From: an uncultured marine group I thaumarchaeote
GTDB taxonomy: Archaea; Thermoproteota; Nitrososphaeria; Nitrososphaerales; Nitrosopumilaceae
Direction: 5' to 3'
DNA: 32,000 bases
Assembly (NCBI GenBank): GCA_902514095.1
Contig: CABXPS010000005.1
Span: 7,735-39,734 of the forward strand
Shown here: piece after piece, positions 9,364-18,499 of the stretch
Numbering within the stretch: the stretch's first letter is position 1
Layout: the number at the start of each line of letters is the position of its first letter
Program-made: the position numbers and the translations under genes
Notes under the pieces: model-generated
What the model was told of the DNA's origin: nothing
Database searches by the model: none
The model's input: only the letters and a program-made list of their open reading frames with translations

Positions 9364-11631
9364 TTATTTTTTATTTCTTAGAACATTTAATGCAGAACCA
9401 TGTTTGAACCACTGAATTTGTAATTTATTATAAGAATGATTTAATAGAATTTCTTCTTTATTTCCATCATTATGAGTGACGATACAAGTTACTTGTTTGT
9501 TAGGTTCTAAATTTTCCAAATCAATTAAACTAATTTTATCATCCTCAAGAATTTTTTCATAATCATTTGGTTCACTAAAAGTTAATGCTAACACACCTTG
9601 TTTTTTCAAATTTGTTTCATGAATTCTTGCCAAACTTTTTGTAATAACTGCAACACACCCCAAATAACGTGGAGTCATAGCAGCATGCTCTCTACTACTT
9701 CCTTCTCCATAATTATTATCTCCAATAATTATCCAATTGAGTTCTTGTTGTTTATATTGTCTAGCAATTTTAGAAAAAGGTTCAATTGCATTATTTAGAA
9801 TATTTTTGCCATGTCCAACTTCATCATTATATGCATTGACAGCACCTAACAACATATTATCACTAAGATTATCCAAATGACCTCGAAGAGATAACCATGC
9901 ACCTGCAGGAGAAATATGATCAGTAGTACATTTTCCCTTTGCTTTGACCATTATTGGAAGCTCAACAAAATCAGTTCCACTCCATTTATCAAATGGTTCT
10001 AAACGTTGAAGACGTTTACTATTAGGGTCAATAATTACTTCAATATTATTTGAATCTGAAGGAGGTGTAACAAAAATACCATCAGGTATCATGAATCCTT
10101 CTTTAGGAACTTCAGGTGCAATTGAAGGTGGTTTCAATTTGAATTTACTTCCATCTGCAGCAATAAGATCATCTTTAAGTGGATTAAAGGATAATTTTCC
10201 ACCCAATGCTAATGCAATAATCATTTCAGGACTACCAATAAAATTTAAAGTAGTTCTGTGACCATCGTTACGTCCTGGAAAATTTCTGTTAAATGTTGTT
10301 ACAATAGAATTTTTTTCATTTTTTTCTAATTCAGGTCTATTCCATTGTCCAATACAGGGACCACATGCATTTGCCAAAACAGTTGCTCCAATTTCTTTTA
10401 GAGAATCCATTTGACCATCTCTTTCAATTGTACCTCTAATTTGTTCAGATCCAGGAGTTACAAGTAACGGAATTTTTGATTTAATTCCTTTAGATTTAGC
10501 TTGTTCAGCTAAACTTGCTGCTCTAGACATATCTTCATACGAAGAATTAGTACAACTTCCAATTAATGCAACAGAAATTGGATCAACATAATCATTAGAT
10601 TCTACATCATCAGCAAGTTCAGAAATAGTTCTTGCTAAATCAGGAGTATGGGGTCCAACAATATGAGGTTCTAAAGTGGATAAATTAATTTCAATTATTT
10701 TATCAAAGAATTTTTCAGGATTAGATTCAACTTCAGAATCTGCAACCAATGATTCTTTATTTTGATTTGCAAGTTCCGCAATTTCTTTTCTATTTGTATA
10801 GTTTAGATAAGTTTCCATTCGTTCATCATAAGGAAATATAGAGCAAGTTGCTCCAATTTCTGCACCCATATTTGCAATAGTAGCTTTTCCAGTACAGCTA
10901 ATAGATTTTGTACCAGGGCCAAAATATTCAACAATTGCATTAGTTCCACCAGAAACAGTTAGTTCATCAGCAACTTTTAAAATAATATCTTTTGGTGCAG
11001 TCCAACCATCAAGTTTACCAGTTAATTTTACACCAACTCTTTTTGGATAAAGTAATTCCCAAGGCAAGCCAGCCATGGTTTCTGCAGCATCTAAACCTCC
11101 AACACCAATTGCTATCATTCCAAGACCACCAGCATTAGGAGTATGTGAATCAGTTCCAATCATCAATCCACCAGGAAACGCATAATTTTCTAAAACTACT
11201 TGATGAATAATTCCTGCGCCTGGTTTCCAAAATCCACAACCATATTTTGCACATGCAGATTGTAGAAATTTAAAAACTTCACTATTTTCATCCAATGAAA
11301 CTTTCATGTCAATATCTCCTTGAACTTCAGCACGGATTAAATGATCACAATGAACTGTAGTTGGTAAGGATGTACGGTTTAATTCAGCTTGCATGAATTG
11401 AAGCATAACCATTTGTCCAGTAACATCTTGTAAAGCAACTCTATCAGGTTTAAGAAAAACATAATCTTTTCCACCTGAAAAATTTTGTTCATTTATTTCA
11501 TTAAAATGTCCAGATAGAATTTTTTCAGTAAGTGTAAGAGGTCTGCCCACAACATTCCTAAATTTTACAATATTTTCTTTTAATTTCAAATAAACATCAG
11601 AAACGAGTTCAGGAGTTGTATTGATTTCCAT
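9364..11631 (-). CDS. acn: Aconitate hydratase
   Basis: 755 aa with aconitase blocks (HCDHLI, GTDSHTPNAGGLG, GSCTNSS, ANACGPCIGQW, GDNNYGEGSSREHAA). Confidence 0.9.
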   Translation of the reverse strand: MEINTTPELVSDVYLKLKENIVKFRNVVGRPLTLTEKILSGHFNEINEQNFSGGKDYVFLKPDRVALQDVTGQMVMLQFMQAELNRTSLPTTVHCDHLIRAEVQGDIDMKVSLDENSEVFKFLQSACAKYGCGFWKPGAGIIHQVVLENYAFPGGLMIGTDSHTPNAGGLGMIAIGVGGLDAAETMAGLPWELLYPKRVGVKLTGKLDGWTAPKDIILKVADELTVSGGTNAIVEYFGPGTKSISCTGKATIANMGAEIGATCSIFPYDERMETYLNYTNRKEIAELANQNKESLVADSEVESNPEKFFDKIIEINLSTLEPHIVGPHTPDLARTISELADDVESNDYVDPISVALIGSCTNSSYEDMSRAASLAEQAKSKGIKSKIPLLVTPGSEQIRGTIERDGQMDSLKEIGATVLANACGPCIGQWNRPELEKNEKNSIVTTFNRNFPGRNDGHRTTLNFIGSPEMIIALALGGKLSFNPLKDDLIAADGSKFKLKPPSIAPEVPKEGFMIPDGIFVTPPSDSNNIEVIIDPNSKRLQRLEPFDKWSGTDFVELPIMVKAKGKCTTDHISPAGAWLSLRGHLDNLSDNMLLGAVNAYNDEVGHGKNILNNAIEPFSKIARQYKQQELNWIIIGDNNYGEGSSREHAAMTPRYLGCVAVITKSLARIHETNLKKQGVLALTFSEPNDYEKILEDDKISLIDLENLEPNKQVTCIVTHNDGNKEEILLNHSYNKLQIQWFKHGSALNVLRNKK

Positions 11632-11787
11632 AATATACAGAAAATTCTTCCCGAATTTAATATTTACAATTTAAAAATTTGAAAAAATATCAAAATAGGC
11701 ATATTAATGCTCAACAATTATAAGACAAACCCAGCTTAATAATGCGTTGTCAATAAGTTCAAAATTATCTAAAGAGGAAATACAGTA

Positions 11788-12420
11788 ATGGTCAATAAAG
11801 GATTTCCAAAATTTGGAATGTCACAAGCAGGTTCATTTGTAGCAGCTCTTAAAAATTATAATTTACCAGATTTTATTTTAGTTTTAATTGCTAAAGAGTG
11901 TAAATCAGAATTACTAGAAAGAGGCAGAATTGATGATAGATTACAAAGTATGAATGATGATGCTTTGCATTTATTACATAAAGTCTTTGTAGGATGTGAA
12001 GAAGATGATGCAGGAAAATTTGCACAGTATAGATTTTTTGCATATGTTTCAAGCATGTACCATAAATGCGAAGTTTTAGTAAATGAAACCATACCAGGTG
12101 CAACAGGTAAAAATCATAAAATTCTAGTTGCAGTAAAAAATAATGGAATGTATATTGCAGTAGCACATAACAAGGCAACTGGAAACCCAGTTAATAAAAA
12201 AGAAACAAATAGATTTTATGAAATGGTAGATGATATTAAAAAAGGAGATCATGGAACCATGTTAACAGATGCTGTGTATGGTTCATCAGTAGGATTTAGA
12301 ACAGATGCATTACTAGATCTCACAGAGTTAAGTAAAGCAAGAGAGCAAGATCCTGAGAATAAATTAGATTTTAAAACTGCAAATTTTGAAAATAATATTT
12401 ATTCAGTTACAAAATGTTAA
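11788..12420 (+). CDS. Hypothetical protein (210 aa)
   Basis: Long ORF with normal local codon usage. Its C-terminal half loosely resembles a restriction-endonuclease-like (Mrr-type) core, but the acidic/Lys catalytic positions are not evident. Confidence 0.45.
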   Translation: MVNKGFPKFGMSQAGSFVAALKNYNLPDFILVLIAKECKSELLERGRIDDRLQSMNDDALHLLHKVFVGCEEDDAGKFAQYRFFAYVSSMYHKCEVLVNETIPGATGKNHKILVAVKNNGMYIAVAHNKATGNPVNKKETNRFYEMVDDIKKGDHGTMLTDAVYGSSVGFRTDALLDLTELSKAREQDPENKLDFKTANFENNIYSVTKC

Positions 12421-12434
12421 AATTTTAAAAAAAT

Positions 12435-13001
12435 TTAATTTTTAAATTTACTAATATCCATAGTTAAAAACATGGGTTTTTCTTCAGTATTTTGAAAATC
12501 TTCACCATATTGTTGAAATTCTAATTGATCATAGAAATGTTTTGTCCAAACATCATGAACTTCATGAATGTATTTTTTATTACCTTTAAGTCTCAACATT
12601 TCATGAAGAATTTCATGAGAAACCGTTGTACAGTTTTTTTCTGCTAAAAATAAAACATCATCAGATTCTTTTGGAGATTGCCAAAATATCATACCAAAAT
12701 TTTCTGCATGGTATCCTTCACAAGTACAATCAGTCCATAGAGGTTTAAAGTGGGTTAAATAGAAATGATAAGTATTTTTTCCACGTTGTTCATGATCACG
12801 TACAAGTGTATGTGTATCAAGTTTTTGAAAAATACTACGAGGTTTTGTAATTAATTCATCACATTGAATTTCATAATCTATTCCAAAATTTTTATTAATC
12901 CATATTTTATAAAATTGTGCCATTTTTTTAATATATTCAAACTCAAACTTTCGTTTTTCTTGATCCTCCTCTTTAATTACAAAAATAAAATGTAAAATCA
13001 T
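12435..13001 (-). CDS. Hypothetical protein with HExxH zinc-metallopeptidase-type motif
   Basis: 188 aa containing VSHEILHEML. There is no other family signature, and it is not the archaemetzincin HExxHxxGxxHC form. Confidence 0.4.
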   Translation of the reverse strand: MILHFIFVIKEEDQEKRKFEFEYIKKMAQFYKIWINKNFGIDYEIQCDELITKPRSIFQKLDTHTLVRDHEQRGKNTYHFYLTHFKPLWTDCTCEGYHAENFGMIFWQSPKESDDVLFLAEKNCTTVSHEILHEMLRLKGNKKYIHEVHDVWTKHFYDQLEFQQYGEDFQNTEEKPMFLTMDISKFKN

Positions 13002-13019
13002 AATTAAAAAAAATGGTGT

Positions 13020-13259
13020 TTATGTTTGACCTTCAATACCCATAAGGGTTAAAGTAGAACGAATCTTTTCAATTTTTCTGATTTTCCAGGTAATTGTTTC
13101 TCGTAGTTTTTCAACGGTATCAGATTCAATCTTGGCCAAAATATCGTATGCACCAAAAGTTCCATGAACTTCTTTTACACCTTCTAAACCCTTTAGTTGC
13201 CCAATAATAGCTTCTTCAGAACCTAGTTCACAGTTTATTAAAACATAAGCTGTTGCCAT
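13020..13259 (-). CDS. Stand-alone Lrp/AsnC-type ligand-binding (RAM) domain protein
   Basis: 79 aa (AYVLINCELGSEEAIIGQLKGLEGVKEVHGTFGAYDILAKIE...) matching the beta-alpha-beta-beta-alpha-beta RAM-domain pattern, with no HTH. Confidence 0.6.
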   Translation of the reverse strand: MATAYVLINCELGSEEAIIGQLKGLEGVKEVHGTFGAYDILAKIESDTVEKLRETITWKIRKIEKIRSTLTLMGIEGQT

Positions 13260-13301
13260 ACAATAATAAGATAATTCTACTATATCAATAAACCGATTAG
13301 A

Positions 13302-13721
13302 CTAGTCTTGTGAAATTTTTAGGATCTCATCCCAAATAGCTTTAGGTACAGGCATTACAGATAATCTTGAAATTCTAACAAGTTCCCAATCTTTAAATTT
13401 TTTATTATTTTTTATTTCTGCTAATGTCACAGGTCGTTTCAAAGTTTTTTTATATTTTACATCAACAACAATAAAACGTTCAACATCTTCTTTTGGATTA
13501 GAATATGGTTTTGAAGTAACTTGCATTATTCCTACTACTTGTCTTTCATCACCAGTATGATAAAACAAAATCAAATCACCGGATTTCATTTCTCTCATAT
13601 GTTTTAGTGCTAAATTATTATGAACACCATCCCAAATAGTCGTCTTATCTTTTTTTAGTTGTTCAAAATTATATCCTCTAGGTCCACTAGGTTCTTGTTT
13701 TGCTAACCAATAGTTTACCAT
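13302..13721 (-). CDS. EVE (PUA-like) domain protein; I prefer the internal ATG at 13721 over the track start at 13802
   Basis: MVNYWLAKQEP...WDGVHNNLALKHMREMKSGDLILFYHTG... is the canonical EVE-domain N-terminus. The 27 extra codons of the track ORF run into a G+C-rich structured region (next feature). Confidence 0.65.
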   Translation of the reverse strand: MVNYWLAKQEPSGPRGYNFEQLKKDKTTIWDGVHNNLALKHMREMKSGDLILFYHTGDERQVVGIMQVTSKPYSNPKEDVERFIVVDVKYKKTLKRPVTLAEIKNNKKFKDWELVRISRLSVMPVPKAIWDEILKISQD

Positions 13722-13771
13722 TACAATATTTTGTTTAGGACTAACGTTTAATGGTTTTTTAATTAATTTGA

Positions 13772-13937
13772 TGTTCCCCGGTTCTGACTCGCAAAATTTC
13801 ATTGGACATAGCCATACACCTCATTACGTTCTGAAACCGGGGTTGCCCATAATGTAGCACACCTGGGTGAATTAGAAATCATTGGTATCAATTACGATCA
13901 GCGTCATCCTATTCCGTGTGTGTGCCTGCTCTTGGGC
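13772..13937 (-). ncRNA. Candidate structured sRNA, two hairpins; the 3' hairpin is H/ACA-guide-like
   Basis: This is a G+C-rich island in AT-rich intergenic DNA. On the minus strand, hairpin 1 pairs GCCCA (13933-13937) with UGGGC (13845-13849), has a 7+7 internal loop, and pairs GCACAC (13920-13925) with GUGUGC (13857-13862). Hairpin 2 pairs CCCCGGUU (13835-13842) with AACCGGGG (13776-13783), has a 6+6 internal loop, then an upper stem CGUAA/UUGCG. Next comes U-GA-GG (13819-13823) opposite CC-AAU-GA (13799-13805), which is a K-turn pattern. An ACA at 13772-13774 lies 15 nt after the pocket. Confidence 0.45.
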
Positions 13938-14018
13938 GTTTAATTGTATTAGATATCCTACTAAAAAGTATTGAAAATATGAAATAATTTTAAATTAAAT
14001 TAACGTGTTAATTAATTT

Positions 14019-15662
14019 CTAAATGAATTTAAGAATGGAATCAGATAGTGAAATTTCAAATCCAACTACAGGTACACGAATTTTATAATTATCAATAATT
14101 TTAGAATTAATTTCTCCAATAATTCCAATAGTATTTCCATTAAAAATAATATTTGCACAATGACCATCCTCAAAACTGGAATTAACTGCAGTTTTTGTTT
14201 GAATTTCAATTCCAAATCCAATTTTTAGTACAGTTTGTAATACAGATTTAATTTCAGTAAAATTTGCATCCTTATGAGCAATGATAGCAGACAGATTAGT
14301 TTTTTCAGAAACGGGATTATCCAAATTAAAAATACCTCCAGTTTCGAACATTTTTTGAGGGTAAGATTCATGTATATTTCTTGAAAGGTTTTCAATCAAT
14401 CCAGGAAGTATAGAATCACGTAAAATAGTATGTTCCTGACTTTTTGAGTCTAGTACAGAAATAATATTTTTAGAATCCCTATTAGTCATATCATACAATA
14501 CACGTTTACTACTCAAACTAGAATTCAATGCTTCAAGAAATCCTAGTCCAATCATTGTTTGATTTAGAGATTTTAATTGAAAAGATATTGGATTAATTTG
14601 ACCAAGAGTTTGAGATGGAGATATTGTAGGCTCAAAATTTTGAATTCCATAACCTAAAGCAACTTCTTCAACTAAATCCATTGGACCAAAAATATCAAAT
14701 CTATATGCAGGAATTGTACAAATAATATTTTTTCCTTTAGATAATGCATTTAGTCTAGATTTTTTTAATGAAGAAATAATTTTTGAAGTATTGAGATTTA
14801 AACCAAGAGTTTGATTAATCAAAGAAGAATCAACAATCATTTTCTTTTCTTGGAGTTTAGGTGAAGAATTTTTTGCTCCAGAAATTTGAATATGTTCTAA
14901 AGTGAATCCAGCACTTTGTAAAATAGTTGCAACAACTGAAAGCATATCTTCAGCATCATCTTTATTGATTCCAGTTACTTCAACAAAGAGATTTTTAGTT
15001 TTAGTAGTAACAGTAGTTATTGCAGCATTAATGATTGGGGGAAAAGAAACTGTTTTTTCATTTGTATCAATAATTATTGGTACTTGAGAAGATTGTCCAA
15101 GAAGAGGACCATAATCTTTACCTGTTTCAGTATCGGCGATAATTTCAGAGATTGAAAGTACTTTTTCAGAATTTAATGGAATAAATTTATGATTTCTAGA
15201 TACGGTGGTATAGATCAAAGGAAAAGAAATTTTGTCTAAATCATGTATTCCAATAGAAGATTTTTTTCTTTTTCTTCCAATTCCAAAATGAAGATCCTCT
15301 TGCATAGTCATTAACTGTTTAATGGTTTTATCATCAATTTTGCCATTTTTAGCAATAATTCCAGTCACAAATGGACGAATTTTGGAAACAGTTGGTTTGA
15401 CAGATATACGATAATTTTTAGATTTTTTGATAGCTAGTTTTACTGAACCTGTTTTAATTCCAAGCAATCCTTGCAAACCAAGTGCAACTCCATAATCAGT
15501 TGAATAATCTGGACGGTTTGGACTATATTCAATTCTAACTAAATCCTTATCTTCAGATTCAATATCTAATCCTAGAAAGGGTAATGAATCAGAAATTTGT
15601 TTTTTAGAAACCTTACCAATTAGTTTTTGGAGACGAGAATAAGATAATTCAATTACTGGCAT
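14019..15662 (-). CDS. pheT: Phenylalanyl-tRNA synthetase beta subunit
   Basis: 547 aa, archaeal-type PheT (MPVIELSYSRLQKLIG..., B3/4 and B5 domain pattern). It overlaps pheS by 10 nt. Confidence 0.85.
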   Translation of the reverse strand: MPVIELSYSRLQKLIGKVSKKQISDSLPFLGLDIESEDKDLVRIEYSPNRPDYSTDYGVALGLQGLLGIKTGSVKLAIKKSKNYRISVKPTVSKIRPFVTGIIAKNGKIDDKTIKQLMTMQEDLHFGIGRKRKKSSIGIHDLDKISFPLIYTTVSRNHKFIPLNSEKVLSISEIIADTETGKDYGPLLGQSSQVPIIIDTNEKTVSFPPIINAAITTVTTKTKNLFVEVTGINKDDAEDMLSVVATILQSAGFTLEHIQISGAKNSSPKLQEKKMIVDSSLINQTLGLNLNTSKIISSLKKSRLNALSKGKNIICTIPAYRFDIFGPMDLVEEVALGYGIQNFEPTISPSQTLGQINPISFQLKSLNQTMIGLGFLEALNSSLSSKRVLYDMTNRDSKNIISVLDSKSQEHTILRDSILPGLIENLSRNIHESYPQKMFETGGIFNLDNPVSEKTNLSAIIAHKDANFTEIKSVLQTVLKIGFGIEIQTKTAVNSSFEDGHCANIIFNGNTIGIIGEINSKIIDNYKIRVPVVGFEISLSDSILKFI

Positions 15663-17041
15663 TTCGTGTTACTCCTTAACCATCCTAAATTATTATTGTA
15701 AAACTCTCTCACATCATCTAAATCATATTTTAACATAGCAATTCTCTCAATACCTCCACCCCATGCTAAAACAGGTTTAGTAATTCCAAGAGGCTTGGTA
15801 ACTTCAGGTCTAAAAATCCCCATTCCAAATAATTCAATCCATTTTCCTAATTTTTCATTATACACCATAGTTTGAAGGGAAGGTTCAGTATATGGGAAAA
15901 AAGTTGGCCAAAATTTAATTTTAGTAATTCCAATTCGTTTATAGAATTCTCTTTGAATTCCCATTAAATTTCTTAAATTAGCATCCTTACCAACAACAAT
16001 ACCTTCGATTTGATTAAATTCAACAAGATGTTTGTAGCTAACTTTTTCATTTCTAAATACTCGACCTAAAGAAAAAATTCGTGCTTCATCAGGTTTGTTT
16101 TCAGCTAAATGTTTAATCGTTACACAAGTAGTATGAGTTCTTAAAACCATTTTACGGGCTTCGTTAATATCCCATTGATATCGCCAATTTTTCTTATGAG
16201 AATCAGAGACTTTTCTAATTTGTTCTACAGTTCCAATTTTTTTAGCAGAAATACCATCTAAGAAAAAAGTATCTTGTAATTCTCTTGCAGGATGATCTTG
16301 AGGAGTGAATAAAGCATCAAAATTCCAAAAACTGGACTGAGTCATATTTCCAAGTATTTCTGAAAATCCTAGTGTAACAAAAATTTCACGTATTTCATCA
16401 ATTGTATCTTTTAATGGATGTGTTCTTGCAACAAAAATTTCAGGAACTTCAGCTTCAACATCTATTGCACCAGAAGTATTTGAAATATCTATAGATTTAG
16501 CAGAAGCAGTTAAGCTAATTTTTTTAGATTTAATAATATCTTCAACAATAAAATCTGGGCGTTTCAAAAGTTCAGTTAAATCAATTTTGTCAATTTGTTC
16601 TTTTGATAATTTATTTTTTCCAATTTGTTGAATAGTTTTTTCACCAGGTAATATAGAAGGAGTTATTTTAAGAATAATTTCATCAGATGAAGTTTCAATC
16701 CAGTTGTTTTTTCTACATAAGCCCATTGCAGGTCCAAAAATAAATCCCAATTCTTTTTGTAAATCAGATAATTTTCTAGGTCCACTTTTAACTAAATTTA
16801 ATAATCTTCGTTCAGGTAATCCTTTTTCAAAAGAATCTAGACCATTTTTACCCAGACTTATAATACTACTTTTTGATTCATCAACTATCGCCAAATTTTT
16901 TAATTTTAGCCATTCAATTCCACGTCTAATTTGATCTGGTAAAAGTTGAGTAGATTTTTCGAGTGTTTCAGGGGTTTGAATTGGAGTTTCCTTTAAGGAA
17001 GTGATGATTTTTTTTTCAATATCGTGAAAAACTTGAGACAA
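15653..17041 (-). CDS. pheS: Phenylalanyl-tRNA synthetase alpha subunit
   Basis: 462 aa with TTG start and class II motifs (HPARELQDTFF, VLRTHTT, RIFSLGRVFRNE, FFPYTEPS, AWGGGIERIAML). Confidence 0.88.
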   Translation of the reverse strand: MSQVFHDIEKKIITSLKETPIQTPETLEKSTQLLPDQIRRGIEWLKLKNLAIVDESKSSIISLGKNGLDSFEKGLPERRLLNLVKSGPRKLSDLQKELGFIFGPAMGLCRKNNWIETSSDEIILKITPSILPGEKTIQQIGKNKLSKEQIDKIDLTELLKRPDFIVEDIIKSKKISLTASAKSIDISNTSGAIDVEAEVPEIFVARTHPLKDTIDEIREIFVTLGFSEILGNMTQSSFWNFDALFTPQDHPARELQDTFFLDGISAKKIGTVEQIRKVSDSHKKNWRYQWDINEARKMVLRTHTTCVTIKHLAENKPDEARIFSLGRVFRNEKVSYKHLVEFNQIEGIVVGKDANLRNLMGIQREFYKRIGITKIKFWPTFFPYTEPSLQTMVYNEKLGKWIELFGMGIFRPEVTKPLGITKPVLAWGGGIERIAMLKYDLDDVREFYNNNLGWLRSNTKCQ

Positions 17042-17055
17042 TAGTACAAAGATCG

Positions 17056-17068
17056 AAAAAGACTTTTT
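17056..17068. promoter_or_regulatory. Perfect palindrome AAAAAG-A-CTTTTT in the 51-bp pheS/trpS divergent intergenic region (possible bidirectional TATA-like element)
   Basis: Read directly. It lies 15 nt from the pheS TTG and 25 nt from the trpS ATG. Confidence 0.3.
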
Positions 17069-17092
17069 AAACCTTAACCTAAGTCATGTTGA

Positions 17093-18205
17093 ATGTCAGC
17101 TGATGAATTCATTGTAACGCCTTGGCATGTTGAAGGTGATATTGACTATGACAAATTAATTAAAAAATTCGGTACTGAAAAAATATCATCAGAATTACTG
17201 GATAAAATCAAGAATATGACAAATGAGGATCATTTCATGCTCAGAAGAGGGATATTTTTTTCACATAGAGAAATGAATAGAATTTTAGAAGATTATGAAA
17301 AAGGCAATGAATTTTTTCTTTATACTGGAAGAGGACCTTCAGGTCACACCCACATAGGACATTTGGTACCATGGGTATTTGCAAAATGGTTACAAGATAA
17401 ATTTGATGTAAATTTATACTTTCAATTAACAGATGATGAGAAATTCTATTCAAAAACAAATTTGACTTTAGAAGAAACTACCAAATATGCATATGAAAAT
17501 GCCCTAGATTTTATAGCATTAGGTTTCAATCCAGAAAAAACAAAAATTATTATCAATACAAAAAATATTCAAACATTGTATCCAATTGCAGCTCAAGTTG
17601 CAAAAAAAATTAATTTTTCAAATACAAAAGCAACATTTGGATTTACTAATGAAACAAACATTGGAATGATTTTCTATACATCGTTACAATCAGCTCCATG
17701 TTTTATAGAAGATAAACCAGTTTTGATACCTTTAGGAGTAGATCAAGATCCACATTTTAGATTAACAAGAGATATTGCACAAAAAATTGGAAAACAAAAA
17801 CCAGCATTAATTCATAACATTATGATTCCTGCATTAACAGGACCTGGAGGAAAAATGTCAGCATCAGAAGAGAAAGGAACAATTTACACAACAGATACAC
17901 CCGATGTTGTAAAAAAGAAAATTAACAAATATGCATTTTCAGGAGGACAACCAGATATTGAACAACATAGAAAATTAGGAGGGAATCCAGATATTGATGT
18001 ATCATATCAATATCTGAGAATATTTTTTGAGCCTGATGATAACAAATTAAAGAAAATTTATGAAGATTATAAATCAGGAAAATTACTTTCAGGAGAACTA
18101 AAGGCAATTTTAATTGAGAAAATTAATGAATTTCTTAAAACACATCAAGAAAAACGAGAAAAAGCAAAACAGCAAATAGAACAATTTCTTTTAGAAAATA
18201 AATGA
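17093..18205 (+). CDS. trpS: Tryptophanyl-tRNA synthetase (archaeal/eukaryotic type)
   Basis: 370 aa with YTGRGPSGHTHIGHL (HIGH region) and a KMSAS motif. Confidence 0.85.
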   Translation: MSADEFIVTPWHVEGDIDYDKLIKKFGTEKISSELLDKIKNMTNEDHFMLRRGIFFSHREMNRILEDYEKGNEFFLYTGRGPSGHTHIGHLVPWVFAKWLQDKFDVNLYFQLTDDEKFYSKTNLTLEETTKYAYENALDFIALGFNPEKTKIIINTKNIQTLYPIAAQVAKKINFSNTKATFGFTNETNIGMIFYTSLQSAPCFIEDKPVLIPLGVDQDPHFRLTRDIAQKIGKQKPALIHNIMIPALTGPGGKMSASEEKGTIYTTDTPDVVKKKINKYAFSGGQPDIEQHRKLGGNPDIDVSYQYLRIFFEPDDNKLKKIYEDYKSGKLLSGELKAILIEKINEFLKTHQEKREKAKQQIEQFLLENK

Positions 18206-18483
18206 AAACCAGCATTACATGTGATGATGAATATGAAGCTCAAAAATTAATGAGTCTTATTTTCATAAAAGAGGATAAAGAGACATACATTACTGGAATT
18301 TTAAACATTATAAAAAATGAAATGATTATTTCGTTGAAGGATAAATCAGCCCATAGTGTTTTACTTAAAGATGAAGAGAATGTTGAGAAATTTGCAGATT
18401 TTATACAATCAGTAATAGATAAAGAACATAATTTAGTGTCAACAAAAATGATTAAATCAATTATTGAAATTATCAAAAAATAA
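18202..18483 (+). CDS. Hypothetical protein (93 aa), translationally coupled to trpS
   Basis: Its ATG overlaps the trpS stop (ATGA, 4-nt overlap). No recognisable motif. Confidence 0.4.
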   Translation: MKTSITCDDEYEAQKLMSLIFIKEDKETYITGILNIIKNEMIISLKDKSAHSVLLKDEENVEKFADFIQSVIDKEHNLVSTKMIKSIIEIIKK

Positions 18484-18499
18484 TAAAATAAGTTAGAAA

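Noticed and set aside
13722-13802. N-terminal 27-codon extension of the EVE-domain ORF (MKFCESEPGN...)
   Set aside because: EVE domains normally begin at the (M)xxYWLxKxEP block found at 13721. The extension overlaps the 8-bp G+C stem and the ACA box of the candidate sRNA.
13772-13950. The G+C-rich island as SRP RNA, RNase P RNA, a tRNA or a C/D-box sRNA
   Set aside because: It has no T-arm or acceptor pattern, no RNase P CR-I/CR-V-like blocks and no SRP helix-8 GNAR/GGAA motifs. It is also too short. The only C/D-like matches (AGGAUGA, CUGA) have the wrong spacing for guide regions.
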